Positions 9,410-19,591 of a stretch of DNA of 59,534 bases are shown here, in pieces (the stretch's first letter is position 1; every line of letters starts with the position of its first letter). The DNA comes from a virus. Lineage: Duplodnaviria; Caudoviricetes. The translations under genes were made by a program, and so were the position numbers. Under the pieces are notes generated by a model. The model ran no database searches and was not told the DNA's origin. It was given only the letters and a program-made list of their open reading frames with translations. The DNA lies in IMG/VR virus record IMGVR_UViG_3300020393_000002, positions 1 through 59,534 of that record. One strand, 5' to 3'.

Positions 9410-10560
9410 TGGCATTAGTACTAAACGACAGAGTAAAAGAAACAACAACCACAACTGGTACTGGCACATTTACTTTAGCTGGCGCAGTTACAGGCTTTGA
9501 GACTTTTGGTGCTGGTGTTGGTAATTCTAACACAACATACTATGCGGTTACTCTACCGGGATCAGCAGAGTTTGAAGTAGGACTAGGAACATTAAATAGT
9601 GACTCTTCAACACTGGCCAGAACAACAGTGATAAGTAGTTCTAATAGTGACAGCGCAGTTAATTTTAGTTCTGGTACAAAAACTATATTCTGTACAATAC
9701 CAGCATCTAAGTCAGTGTTTTTAGATGCAAGTGGTAATGCAATTTTGACATCGGTAAGTGCAGATCTAGCTGTAGGAGATGATCTTACAGTTAATGGTGG
9801 GGTAATAGAGCTTAGAAGTAACAGTGGTGCTGTTGGTCAACTTAAATTATATTGTGAAGTAAGTAATAATCACGCACAAACTATATCACCACAGCCGCAC
9901 AGTGTGGCAGCCACAAACACTTTAACACTGCCCGGTGGCAGCACAATAGGCAATGCAAACGCAACTTTAGTTTCAGATACTGGCACACAAACATTAACAA
10001 ATAAAACCATTGATGCTTCTCAATTATCTGGAACTGTAGCAAATGCAAGATTAGATGTAGAACTACAGGCATTAGCTGGTTTAACATCAGCAGCAGATAA
10101 AGGTATACAATTTACTGGATCTGGAACTGCATCAACATATGATTTAACAACGGCAGGTAAAGCATTGCTTGATGATGCAGATGCCGCTGCTCAAAGAACA
10201 ACATTAGGATTAGGCACAGCCGCAGTTGCAGCAACTGGTATATCAAATACAAATGTACCAGTGTTTACATCAGGTGTAGTTGACAATGACTTCTTGCGTG
10301 TAGATGGCACCTCAATAGAGGGCAGAAGTGCATCTGAAGTATTAAGTGATATTGGTGGTCAAGCCTCATTAACTTTTGGTATATCAAACACAAATGCAGT
10401 GAAGATAGATAGTTCTAGTGTGGCAGATGATGAGTTTGCAAGATTTACTGCAAATGGTTTAGAGAGCAGAAGTGCATCAGAGGTACTGTCTGACATAGGT
10501 GCAACAACTGCTTCGGCAGCGGCAGATGAGGCTACAGCTTTAGCAATAGCGTTAGGATAA
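9409..10560 (+). CDS. tail fibre protein
   Basis: DRVKETTTTTGTG N-terminus, QTLTNKT, AAAQRTTLGLG, duplicated RSASEVLSDIG, C-terminal ALAIALG. Confidence 0.75.
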   Translation: MALVLNDRVKETTTTTGTGTFTLAGAVTGFETFGAGVGNSNTTYYAVTLPGSAEFEVGLGTLNSDSSTLARTTVISSSNSDSAVNFSSGTKTIFCTIPASKSVFLDASGNAILTSVSADLAVGDDLTVNGGVIELRSNSGAVGQLKLYCEVSNNHAQTISPQPHSVAATNTLTLPGGSTIGNANATLVSDTGTQTLTNKTIDASQLSGTVANARLDVELQALAGLTSAADKGIQFTGSGTASTYDLTTAGKALLDDADAAAQRTTLGLGTAAVAATGISNTNVPVFTSGVVDNDFLRVDGTSIEGRSASEVLSDIGGQASLTFGISNTNAVKIDSSSVADDEFARFTANGLESRSASEVLSDIGATTASAAADEATALAIALG

Positions 10561-10564
10561 TGAC

Positions 10565-10921
10565 ATGGCAAATACATTTAAAGTAATTACAAGAGATGTT
10601 GCCCCAGCCTCTGCTGGGTCGCCAGAAACTCTTTATACAGTTCAGTCTGGAAGCACAATTATTGTATTAGGATTAACACTGGCTAATGTGCATACAGCAC
10701 AAGTTACTGGAACAGTGCAACTTGTAAGTACAACAACGCAAACATCTCAGACACAAAATACCACGGCTCACATAGTAAAGGATATACCAGTGCCAGTTGG
10801 TTCATCAGTTGAAATCATGGCGGGAAACAAGATAGTTTTAAATGTAGGAGATATAGTAAAGATAGATTGTTCTGTTGCAGACAAACTATCAGTGACCATG
10901 AGTTATATGGAGATCACATAA
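10565..10921 (+). CDS. tail fibre-associated small beta protein
   Basis: MANTFK...LYTV...KIVL..GD...SYMEIT; similar to 21732-22112. Confidence 0.65.
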   Translation: MANTFKVITRDVAPASAGSPETLYTVQSGSTIIVLGLTLANVHTAQVTGTVQLVSTTTQTSQTQNTTAHIVKDIPVPVGSSVEIMAGNKIVLNVGDIVKIDCSVADKLSVTMSYMEIT

Positions 10922-12519
10922 TGCCATATATTGGTAATACAACGGGGAACAGATTTGTAGCTAGTAAACCAGCCACACAGTTTTCTGGTGATGGTTCTAC
11001 AACTGCATTTACATTAGAACACTCAGTGGCTTCTGATGAAGATATACTTGTGTCTGTTGATGGTGTTATACAAGAGCCATCTGTGGCTTATGCGGTAACT
11101 AACGGAACCACACTTACATTTACAGGCGCACCATCAAATAACTCAGGTAATAATATCTTTGTATATTATTTGTTTAGAACTGTAGCTACAGTTAATCATC
11201 CCGAACATAGTTCGTTAATAGCTACAAGCGGAACATTTACAGCAACAACCTCTCTTGGTTTACCTAAAGGGACCACAGCACAAAGACCTGCTGCTGCAAG
11301 TACAGAGGGTCACATACGTTACAATACAGAGAATAAACTTGTTTACTATTCTAACGGTACATCATGGTTAAAAGTTTCCTCTGCCATAACAGTTCTTAGT
11401 TCAGTTACTGGTAACATAGTTAATGGTATCGCAACTAATTTAACATTAGCAGGAACGGGTTTTTTAAATGATGGTTTGATTGTTTCTTTTACCCCAAGTG
11501 GAGGATCTGAATCGACTGTAACAGTTACGCCTACTTCTGACACTGCTGCCACAGTGGCAGTGCCTTCAGCTATTTATGGGCAATCAGCATCTACAGTTAT
11601 TGCTATTAAAGCTACAAATTCTGATAACACTGTATCAGCTACTATAAATAAAACCGTCATAGCGGCTCCTTCAGGAGGAACAGTAACCACCTCTGGAGGT
11701 GAGAGAATACATACATTCACTTCATCAGGTACATTTGTTAACACCACAACCTTAACTAATGTTGAGTATTTAATTATTGCTGGTGGCGGTGGCGGAGGTG
11801 TTGCAAACGGCGGTGGTGGCGGCGGAGGAGCTGGAGGATATAGAAATTCCTTTGACTCTGAAACCTCTGGTGGAAACTCATCTACTGAATCTAAAATATC
11901 ATCATTGTCTGCTGCTAGTTATTCAGTTGTCGTAGGTGCTGGAGGTGCTGGTAATGTGCATGGTGGAAGTGCTGGTAGTGTAGGAGTTCAAGGTTCCAAC
12001 TCTAGTTTTAATTCTATTGTTTCCACTGGTGGTGGTTTTGGTGGTGGCGATAACAGTCAATCTGGCGGAAACGGAGGTTCAGGGGGTGGTGAAGCTCGTA
12101 ATGATTCAGGCACAGCACCCGGATCTGGAACAACTGGTCAGGGTTTTGCTGGTGGTAGCTCTGGCACAAACGCTGGTGGAGGTGGAGGTGGTGCTTCAGC
12201 AGTAGGCGGAAATGGTGTAGCTGCTACTACTGGTGGTAATGGCGGTGCTGGTTTATCATCATCAATAACAGGTTCAGCAGTCACACGAGCAGGAGGAGGT
12301 GGCGGCGGTGCAGAAGCTCCTACCAATGATAGCGGAGGCATAGGTGGATCTGGCGGAGGCGGTAAAGGCGGTCAAGCAGGTTCTGTAGGATCAACACCCA
12401 CAGCTGGGACAGCAAACACTGGTGGTGGTGGCGGAGCATCAGGTGACTATAATACTGGCGGAAGCCATAATGGTCAAAACGGTGGTTCTGGCATTGTTAT
12501 AATAAGGTATGCACTATAA
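10921..12519 (+). CDS. tail fibre/receptor-binding protein with Gly-rich domain
   Basis: Start MPYIG at 10921; DGVIQEP, LPKGTTAQRP, IHTFTSSG, AGGGGG repeats, GGSGIVIIRY. Confidence 0.8.
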   Translation: MPYIGNTTGNRFVASKPATQFSGDGSTTAFTLEHSVASDEDILVSVDGVIQEPSVAYAVTNGTTLTFTGAPSNNSGNNIFVYYLFRTVATVNHPEHSSLIATSGTFTATTSLGLPKGTTAQRPAAASTEGHIRYNTENKLVYYSNGTSWLKVSSAITVLSSVTGNIVNGIATNLTLAGTGFLNDGLIVSFTPSGGSESTVTVTPTSDTAATVAVPSAIYGQSASTVIAIKATNSDNTVSATINKTVIAAPSGGTVTTSGGERIHTFTSSGTFVNTTTLTNVEYLIIAGGGGGGVANGGGGGGGAGGYRNSFDSETSGGNSSTESKISSLSAASYSVVVGAGGAGNVHGGSAGSVGVQGSNSSFNSIVSTGGGFGGGDNSQSGGNGGSGGGEARNDSGTAPGSGTTGQGFAGGSSGTNAGGGGGGASAVGGNGVAATTGGNGGAGLSSSITGSAVTRAGGGGGGAEAPTNDSGGIGGSGGGGKGGQAGSVGSTPTAGTANTGGGGGASGDYNTGGSHNGQNGGSGIVIIRYAL

Positions 12520-12528
12520 GGAATTATT

Positions 12529-12876
12529 ATGGCTCATTATGCAAAAGTATTAGATGGAAAAGTAATAAAAGTTATCGTGGCTGAAAAAGAATTTTTTGAC
12601 TCATTTGTTGATGACTCTCCCGGTGAATGGGTGCAGACATCTTACAACACTAGGGGTGGTAAGCATTTAAATGGTGGAACGCCATTAAGAAAAAATTTTG
12701 CAGGTGTAAATCATATTTATGACGGAGTTGGATTTTGCGAACCACAACCTTATCCTTCATGGACTTTAGATAAAGATACATATTATTGGAAACCACCATC
12801 TTCTATCCCAGATGATGGTAAAAAGTACACTTGGAATGAACAAGAAAAAAAATGGGAAGAAGACAAAAGGGAGTAA
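12529..12876 (+). CDS. fibre partner/chaperone
   Basis: MAHYAKV, WVQTSYN, RKNFAG and PQPYPSW motifs; follows the Gly-rich fibre. Confidence 0.7.
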   Translation: MAHYAKVLDGKVIKVIVAEKEFFDSFVDDSPGEWVQTSYNTRGGKHLNGGTPLRKNFAGVNHIYDGVGFCEPQPYPSWTLDKDTYYWKPPSSIPDDGKKYTWNEQEKKWEEDKRE

Positions 12877-12879
12877 CAA

Positions 12880-13761
12880 ATGGCATTAACAAAAGTAATA
12901 GGTGAGGGATTAGGTGCTGTAACACAAGATGGTGCAGCTACATTCAATGAAAGCTCTGCTGATGTAGACTTTAGAGTTGAGTCAAATGGTGATGCTAATG
13001 CAGTTTTCGTTGATGCTGGTAATGATAGAGTTGGTCTATTTACAAGCACACCTTCTACAAAACTTGATGTCGTTGGCTCACAATCAGTTAGTGCATTAAC
13101 TTTAAGATCAGGAGATGTCAATAATAGTGCAAATGGTGGAAAGCAAATTATTCTTGGCTTTAATGGTAGTACGTCTTATTCTCATGCAATAAGAACAAGA
13201 CATAACAGTAGTTCTAACACAAACAATGCTATGTATTTTGATGTTTGGCAAAGCAGCCAAAGTGCAAGTGATATAGGTAATAGGAATGTTGCAATATTTG
13301 ATGGGGATGCAATTACATTTCCTGTACAACCATCTATACAATTTCAAGGTAACAATGGCACTAATGAAAGTATAGCTTATCAAGATGCGTTTGGAGCTAC
13401 AGATAACTCAGATACAGCTTTTTCTACAGCAACTGGTACTAAAGCACACGCAAGGACAGGTATAACATATACAACTACTAATGGTCGCTTTACAGTATCT
13501 ACAGCAGGAATATATCTTGCATATTTTCAAGCATATTATAATGATGGTGCCACTCAAGACTGTAGAATAGCAATATATAAAAATGGCGTTAGACAGTTTT
13601 TATCACATTTTAAAAGTATGACTTATGGTACACTTCATGTTAATGCTAATTTAAACTGTGGAGCAAATGACTACATTTATTTTCAAAACGAAACAACAAC
13701 GACTCGTAGTTGGTATGTAGGTCCAGAACATCTTGGTGGATATATAATAAAAGTTGCATAA
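12880..13761 (+). CDS. tail spike with C1q-like C-terminal domain
   Basis: MALTKV, DVDFRVESN, NGRFTVSTAGIY. Confidence 0.7.
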   Translation: MALTKVIGEGLGAVTQDGAATFNESSADVDFRVESNGDANAVFVDAGNDRVGLFTSTPSTKLDVVGSQSVSALTLRSGDVNNSANGGKQIILGFNGSTSYSHAIRTRHNSSSNTNNAMYFDVWQSSQSASDIGNRNVAIFDGDAITFPVQPSIQFQGNNGTNESIAYQDAFGATDNSDTAFSTATGTKAHARTGITYTTTNGRFTVSTAGIYLAYFQAYYNDGATQDCRIAIYKNGVRQFLSHFKSMTYGTLHVNANLNCGANDYIYFQNETTTTRSWYVGPEHLGGYIIKVA

Positions 13762-13776
13762 TTTTAGGAGATATAG

Positions 13777-14046
13777 ATGGCAGAAATAAAAGTTACAGTG
13801 ACAGATACACAAATGAAATGTCTTAGTTATGTAGCGTATTCAGTTCAAGATTGGTGTGAAAATGCCATACACACTCGTGCTAAAGTAGGTCAAGATGAAA
13901 TTATAGCAGCTCTTGTAGCTCATTGTAACGAAAAAGGTATTGCAATAGCAACTGGAGTTGATAAGCAGATTGCCCAAGCGTTTGATTTAAAGGTAGTTAT
14001 GACTGCCGCAGAACAACAAGCAGAGAACGAAAAGAACAGTCCGTAG
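13777..14046 (+). CDS. fibre partner protein
   Basis: QDWCENAIHTRA motif; AGGAG RBS. Confidence 0.65.
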   Translation: MAEIKVTVTDTQMKCLSYVAYSVQDWCENAIHTRAKVGQDEIIAALVAHCNEKGIAIATGVDKQIAQAFDLKVVMTAAEQQAENEKNSP

Positions 14047-14056
14047 GAGATAATTT

Positions 14057-15280
14057 ATGCCGTATATAGGAGTCAGTCCACAATTTGGAGTTAGAAAAAA
14101 GCACACTTATACTGCCACGGGCGGACAAACAAGTTTTAGTGGTGCAGGATCAGAGGGCGTTACATTAAGTTACAAAGACAGTAATTATGTTGATGTATAT
14201 CAAAATGGTGTAAAGTTAGGTGATGCAGACTACACATCCACAAGTGGTACAGCTATTGTTTTAGCAACTGGTGCTACAGCAAATGATCTTGTAGAAATAA
14301 TAGTTTTTGATGTTTTTAGTATTTCAGACACTGTAAGTAAAGCAGATGGTGGTACGTTTGATGGCAATATTACTATGGGTGGCACACTTGCAGTTACAGG
14401 AACTACAGCTTTTACAGGTAGTGTATCAGGACTTGATGTAAATGGCACAGAGATAATATTAGATGCTGACGCAGATACAAGTATTACATCAGACACAGAT
14501 GACCAAATAGATTTTAAATGTGGAGGAGTGGATAGAGTTATAATAGGAGCTGATGGTAGTTTTACATCACAACCAGCTTCAAGTGGAACAATAGTTTTTA
14601 ACGAAGCGTCTAATGATGTAGATTTCAGAGTTGAATCAAATGACAATACTCATGGTATCTTTTTAGATGCTGGTGCTGGATTAGTTGGTATTGGTAATTC
14701 AAATCCAGATGGACATTATAATTTAGCAGATGATTTAGTTATAGGAAATGGATCTGGAGGAAGAGGGTTAACAATATACTCTGGAAACGATAGCAGCGCA
14801 AACATTGCTTTTAATGATGCTGAAGCTGATGCAATGACGGCTTATATTCAATATAACCACTCTACAAATCACATGCAGTTTAACACAAGTGTTGGCAATC
14901 AATTAGAAATCACCGATACAGATGGTCTTATTGAATATAATGGTGCGTTTGTACATTTTCATAGAGGTAGTGTTAATAACAATGCTTCAGTTTCTATAGA
15001 TATACCTGATATATCTAGTGCTGGAGCTACTATGGTTTATGCTTTTTATACTCATCATGCCATACAAAGTTATGGAGCGGCTAGAGTTTCAACACTTGGA
15101 ATGTATCTTGGCAGTGTTGTGTCAACTCACGATATACAAAACATAACTTCATCAGGTGGTGGTTCATGGTCATACAGTTCACCGGGAAGTAATGTGCTTA
15201 GAATAACTAAAAATGCAGGAACCTACATAGGTGGTGGTCACTATGTTGTTAGAGTTGAAACATATGCAGGTCCTTCATAG
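14057..15280 (+). CDS. tail fibre/receptor-binding protein
   Basis: MPYIG, YTATGGQTSF, VYQNGVKL, LDADADTSI..DTDDQIDF, DVDFRVESN. Confidence 0.75.
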   Translation: MPYIGVSPQFGVRKKHTYTATGGQTSFSGAGSEGVTLSYKDSNYVDVYQNGVKLGDADYTSTSGTAIVLATGATANDLVEIIVFDVFSISDTVSKADGGTFDGNITMGGTLAVTGTTAFTGSVSGLDVNGTEIILDADADTSITSDTDDQIDFKCGGVDRVIIGADGSFTSQPASSGTIVFNEASNDVDFRVESNDNTHGIFLDAGAGLVGIGNSNPDGHYNLADDLVIGNGSGGRGLTIYSGNDSSANIAFNDAEADAMTAYIQYNHSTNHMQFNTSVGNQLEITDTDGLIEYNGAFVHFHRGSVNNNASVSIDIPDISSAGATMVYAFYTHHAIQSYGAARVSTLGMYLGSVVSTHDIQNITSSGGGSWSYSSPGSNVLRITKNAGTYIGGGHYVVRVETYAGPS

Positions 15281-15288
15281 GAGTAAAA

Positions 15289-15654
15289 ATGTCAGAAATT
15301 GTAATATTTAATAAATCAGATAATTCATATTTAATGTCAGCAAGTAGTTTGCCAAGTGAAATTTATAAAGACGAGACAAAGTATGTCATTGCAAAACTAC
15401 CAGAGGGCGAAAAGTTTGATTTAAATTATTCTTATAGTCATAAAGATGGAGTTGCAATCAAAGGTGATCTTCTTCCAGTAGATAAAGATGCAGTAAAAAA
15501 ATTAGAAGATGAATGGAAAGCTCAACAGTACCAAAGAGACAGGCAAGAAGAATATCCAGATATAGTAGATCAACTTGATGATTTATATCATAATGGTATT
15601 GAGGGTTGGAAAAAAACTATTAAAGCAATTAAAGATAAGTATCCAAAGGGTTAA
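15289..15654 (+). CDS. tail fibre assembly chaperone
   Basis: YQRDRQEEYP..DQLDDLYH...W...IKAIKDKYPK motif. Confidence 0.7.
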   Translation: MSEIVIFNKSDNSYLMSASSLPSEIYKDETKYVIAKLPEGEKFDLNYSYSHKDGVAIKGDLLPVDKDAVKKLEDEWKAQQYQRDRQEEYPDIVDQLDDLYHNGIEGWKKTIKAIKDKYPKG

Positions 15655-15657
15655 TAA

Positions 15658-16875
15658 ATGACAAGAGCAAGTGATCTAGCAAGGTTGATAGGAGCAGGGG
15701 GTTCTCTTGAAGGAACTTTGTCTGTAGATACCATAAATGAAAAAACTTCAGGTAATGGGGTTACTATCGATAGTCTTAACATAAAAGATAGTGGTATTGG
15801 CGGTCAACAGATTGGGGGCCGTAAAAACCTTGTGTATAATGGTGATATGCGAATATCCCAGAGAGGGACCAGCTTTTCAGGTCTTACTTCTAGTGCTTAT
15901 ACTTTAGATAGAATAAAAATTTTTATGAATGGTGCAGGAACTTACACTGTATCACAATCAACTGATGTTCCATCAGGTCAAGGTTTTCATAACAGTATAA
16001 AAGTAGATAATACGACAAGCGATAATTATGGAACAGCAGGTGATTATGTAATGTTACGTTTAAATTCAATGGAGCAACAAGATGTGATGAAATTGAATTA
16101 TGGTGGTTCCTCCGCAGAGAAGGTAACAGTTTCATTTTGGGCAAAATTTTCTTATGCTGATACTTGGAATATAACTTTAGTAAACCATTACGCACAAAGA
16201 TCAAGCTTCAAACCTTTTACAATATCATCAGCAAATACTTGGCAAAAAATTGAACTTACATTTGATGGTGATACAAATAGTGGAGATGGTTTTGGAGTTA
16301 GTACAGCATTGGGATTAAGTATAGATTTGTGGTTGGGAGCAGGAAGTTCTTATAGCGGAGGATCAGCATCTGCGAATACTTGGGATGAGCGATCAAATAA
16401 TAACACATCTTTAGTTCCTGCATCAACTGATTTTGGCTCATCAACAGATCACGAACTTTATATTACAGGACTTCAATTAGAAATAGGCGAACAAGCTACT
16501 CCGTTTGAGCATAGATCATTTGGAGAAGAACTAGCTTTGTGTCAGAGGTATTTTTATGCACCTGTTAATGGAACTGCTCAGGCTTTTGGTATGGGTACTT
16601 ATTATGCAAGTAATTTGATAACAATGGTTCTTGACTTTCCTACAACAATGAGAGCTGCTCCGTCAGTAACTGCTGCGAATGGTACAAATTATTTTGTAGC
16701 TTATACTAATGGTCAAGGAGATGCTTTTAATACTTGGGATAATGTACAAAGAGGTTGTCCCAATTATATCGCTTTAGACGTTACTGGAGATGGTGCTAGT
16801 GCCACAGCAGGAGATGGTTGTGCATTAGCTACAAATAGTTCAGCGGCTTATATATTTTGTGATGCAGAGCTATAG
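15658..16875 (+). CDS. tail fibre with carbohydrate-binding-like domain
   Basis: NLVYNGDMRISQRG, VTVSFWAK, ITGLQLEIG..ATPFEHR...ELALCQRY. Confidence 0.75.
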   Translation: MTRASDLARLIGAGGSLEGTLSVDTINEKTSGNGVTIDSLNIKDSGIGGQQIGGRKNLVYNGDMRISQRGTSFSGLTSSAYTLDRIKIFMNGAGTYTVSQSTDVPSGQGFHNSIKVDNTTSDNYGTAGDYVMLRLNSMEQQDVMKLNYGGSSAEKVTVSFWAKFSYADTWNITLVNHYAQRSSFKPFTISSANTWQKIELTFDGDTNSGDGFGVSTALGLSIDLWLGAGSSYSGGSASANTWDERSNNNTSLVPASTDFGSSTDHELYITGLQLEIGEQATPFEHRSFGEELALCQRYFYAPVNGTAQAFGMGTYYASNLITMVLDFPTTMRAAPSVTAANGTNYFVAYTNGQGDAFNTWDNVQRGCPNYIALDVTGDGASATAGDGCALATNSSAAYIFCDAEL

Positions 16876-16883
16876 GGGGTAAC

Positions 16884-17054
16884 ATGAGTATTGAATCAGC
16901 AAAATATGGTAAAGACTTTGATGGTAATAATTCTTGTATAGCTGTTATCATGGATGGTGTAAGAATTTTAGTACCATTAGACCCTGCTAACAGACACTAC
17001 CAAGAAATCCAAGAATGGGTCAAGGAAGGCAACAAGATAGAGGATGCTGATTAA
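16884..17054 (+). CDS. small fibre chaperone (not in ORF track)
   Basis: 56 aa, VPLDPANRHYQEIQEWVKEGN motif; GGGGG RBS. Confidence 0.7.
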   Translation: MSIESAKYGKDFDGNNSCIAVIMDGVRILVPLDPANRHYQEIQEWVKEGNKIEDAD

Positions 17055-17536
17055 TGTTGGGTCACGCTGCTATAGCAGAAACTGCTCTTGCTGATGTAGG
17101 TGGCGTATTACAAGTAGCAACAGCAGAGATGAGTGGTATCTCATCTGCAAGTTCTGTTGGTGTAGGAGAGCTTGTAGGTGTTGCATCATTAAATGCTAAT
17201 TTTACAAAAACTACAGCAGGTATTTTAATAACTGGTGGTGCTAATGCAGATCTAAGTTTTGATTTTGCTCAGACCACAGAAGATATAAAAATTGTAAACT
17301 TTGTAGATGCAGTTTTTTCGACAGAGTTTACACAAACAACAGATGGTATAGCTATCCGTATTACATCAGCATCAGCAGATTTAAATTTTACAAAAACAGC
17401 ATCAGGAGATATAATGTTTGTAGACGTTGTAACAGATGCTACAACTGAAACATATACAGAGATTACGCCAAGTGGTGCAGAGACTTGGACAGAGATAACG
17501 CCATCAGGCACAGAAACTTGGACAGAAATACAGTGA
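17054..17536 (+). CDS. virion protein with C-terminal repeats
   Basis: MLG..AIAE N-terminus; three ET(Y/W)TEI repeats with an 11-aa period. Confidence 0.65.
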   Translation: MLGHAAIAETALADVGGVLQVATAEMSGISSASSVGVGELVGVASLNANFTKTTAGILITGGANADLSFDFAQTTEDIKIVNFVDAVFSTEFTQTTDGIAIRITSASADLNFTKTASGDIMFVDVVTDATTETYTEITPSGAETWTEITPSGTETWTEIQ

Positions 17537-17543
17537 GGTAAAA

Positions 17544-18173
17544 ATGGCAAGTACATATACATCAAATACTGGAATAGAAAAAATAGGTTCTGGAGAACAG
17601 GCAGGTACTTGGGGTAATACTACAAACAATAATCTTGATATAATAGACAGAGCCTTAAATGGATCTGTAACATTAACTATTACAGGTAACACAACACTTA
17701 CAACAAGTGACGGCACTTTATCTAATGGTCAGTTTAAAATTATAATATTAGCAGGATCTCCATCAGGAGCATTTAATTTAACAATAGACCCTAACGATCA
17801 ACAAAAATGGTATTTTATTAAAAACAGCAGTGGTCAAACTGCTACAGTAAAACAAGGTGGTGGCAGTGGTAGCACAGTTGCAGTTGCCACAGGATTGACT
17901 GCAATACTATTTGCAGATGGTACAGGCGCTAATGCTAATGTAACATCTATTGCTCCAACAGATTTAGTTGCAGATCCAACTCCCCAGCTTGGAGGAGACT
18001 TGGACACGAATGGAAACGCAATTTTATTTGGTTCTAGTAAATGGGCGATATCGTTAGATACTGGAGATAACGAATTATTATTTAAATATAATGGCACAAC
18101 AGTTTTTAAATTAGGATCTAATGGTGCGGTAACATCAGCTAATAATGTGACAGCATTTGGAACAAGTTTATAA
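17544..18173 (+). CDS. tail protein
   Basis: GEQAGTWG..TN.NL and PQLGGDLD motifs. Confidence 0.7.
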   Translation: MASTYTSNTGIEKIGSGEQAGTWGNTTNNNLDIIDRALNGSVTLTITGNTTLTTSDGTLSNGQFKIIILAGSPSGAFNLTIDPNDQQKWYFIKNSSGQTATVKQGGGSGSTVAVATGLTAILFADGTGANANVTSIAPTDLVADPTPQLGGDLDTNGNAILFGSSKWAISLDTGDNELLFKYNGTTVFKLGSNGAVTSANNVTAFGTSL

Positions 18174-19591
18174 TGACATTACAATCTAGTGGCGCAATAT
18201 CATTATCAGATATAAGGGATGAGTATAACAATGGCTCATCTGCCCCTATTTTATTAAATGATTATTACAGAGGTGGCTCTTTAGTTAGAGCAAATGCCGC
18301 CAACAATACAGCGACTAATTTATCAGCAGATGTGCCAACAAGTGCAAACAGCAGCCCATTATCTATTGATGATTTTTATGGACAAAAAAGAGCATTTAGA
18401 AAAACATATGCATCTACTGCCACAGACCAAAGTGGTGTTGCTGTTTTTGGTGATGACTTTGCAGTTAACTATCCAAAAGAAATAGTTATAAATTCATCAC
18501 AAACTGTAGGCGCTACTAGCACCTCTGCTCCAGCATTAAAAATAGATAGCACTGGTGCAGGTACAATAACTATAACTAACAATGGTAGTATAGAGGGTGC
18601 AGGTGGGGCAGCAGGAGCGGCAGGCGGTAATGCCTTACAAGTTGATGGCAGTGTTGCAGTAACTCTTGTTAATAATGGCACAATCAAAGCTGGAGGTGGC
18701 GGAGGCGGTAATGGTGGTGCTGGTGGTAAAGGTGTTTTTAGCGCTAATGCTACATTTTCTAGTTTGACAGATTTAGGTGGTGGAGGCTCATCTTCACCAC
18801 AAAACAATTCTCCGGGCTGGTTTACCACTTATGGTGGCCAAGGGAATAATTTAGATGGAGTTGGCGTTGTTGGTGATAGACTTTGGGGTGGTATTGGAGC
18901 GCAATTTAATAGAGGAATTAATCCAGCACAGTTTGATTTAAACTCTTTAGGTGGTGCAGGAACTGGTTTGAGTGGAGCGTGTGCAAACAGAGGTCCAATA
19001 TATTTTTCTGCACAAACTAATACAACTGGAGTTTATACTGTTACAGCTAATATTAGTTCTTTATATGGAAGCGGATATGGAACACCAAAAATTTCTGTAA
19101 GCACAAGTACGTCAAGCTCTGGTACTACTATATCTAATAGTGGCACAGTAGGTATTACAGCATCGACAACTACATATTTTACTGTTTTTGGTTCTTCCGC
19201 ACATCAAGGAACAAATTCTCCTAATTTTTATTATAACACTTTAAGTGGCACTGTTTCTGGTACTTGTTTAGCAACATCAAATGGTGGTGCTGGTGGAGCA
19301 GGCGGTGTTGGGCAAGGCTATAATCAATCTGCTGCATCTGGTTCTTCTGGAGCAAGTGGAGGATCTAATGCAGGATCTGGTGGAGCAGGAGGTGCTGGTG
19401 GGGCTTTTGGTGCCGCTGGAACAAATGGCAATGGTGGTGGCGATGGAAGCGGAACTTCTGTTAGTTTCCCATCTACAGCTCCCACAGTTGGTGCTAGTGG
19501 AAACGCAGGAGGAGCATCTGGCAAGTCAATACAAGGTGTTAGTAATGTAACATCAAGTGGCAGCGGTTCTTTAACTGGAGGTACAGCATAA
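18173..19591 (+). CDS. Gly-rich adhesin/fibre tip protein
   Basis: SGAISLSDI N-terminus, ITNNGSIEGAGG, polyglycine runs reminiscent of T-even gp38 adhesins. Confidence 0.65.
   Translation: MTLQSSGAISLSDIRDEYNNGSSAPILLNDYYRGGSLVRANAANNTATNLSADVPTSANSSPLSIDDFYGQKRAFRKTYASTATDQSGVAVFGDDFAVNYPKEIVINSSQTVGATSTSAPALKIDSTGAGTITITNNGSIEGAGGAAGAAGGNALQVDGSVAVTLVNNGTIKAGGGGGGNGGAGGKGVFSANATFSSLTDLGGGGSSSPQNNSPGWFTTYGGQGNNLDGVGVVGDRLWGGIGAQFNRGINPAQFDLNSLGGAGTGLSGACANRGPIYFSAQTNTTGVYTVTANISSLYGSGYGTPKISVSTSTSSSGTTISNSGTVGITASTTTYFTVFGSSAHQGTNSPNFYYNTLSGTVSGTCLATSNGGAGGAGGVGQGYNQSAASGSSGASGGSNAGSGGAGGAGGAFGAAGTNGNGGGDGSGTSVSFPSTAPTVGASGNAGGASGKSIQGVSNVTSSGSGSLTGGTA

Noticed and set aside
17440-17533. 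33-nt tandem repeat as a DNA element
   Set aside because: Explained by the ETWTEITPSG protein repeat with synonymous variation
10921-19591. Diversity-generating retroelement or invertase switch for tail fibres
   Set aside because: No reverse transcriptase, template/variable repeat pair or recombinase seen
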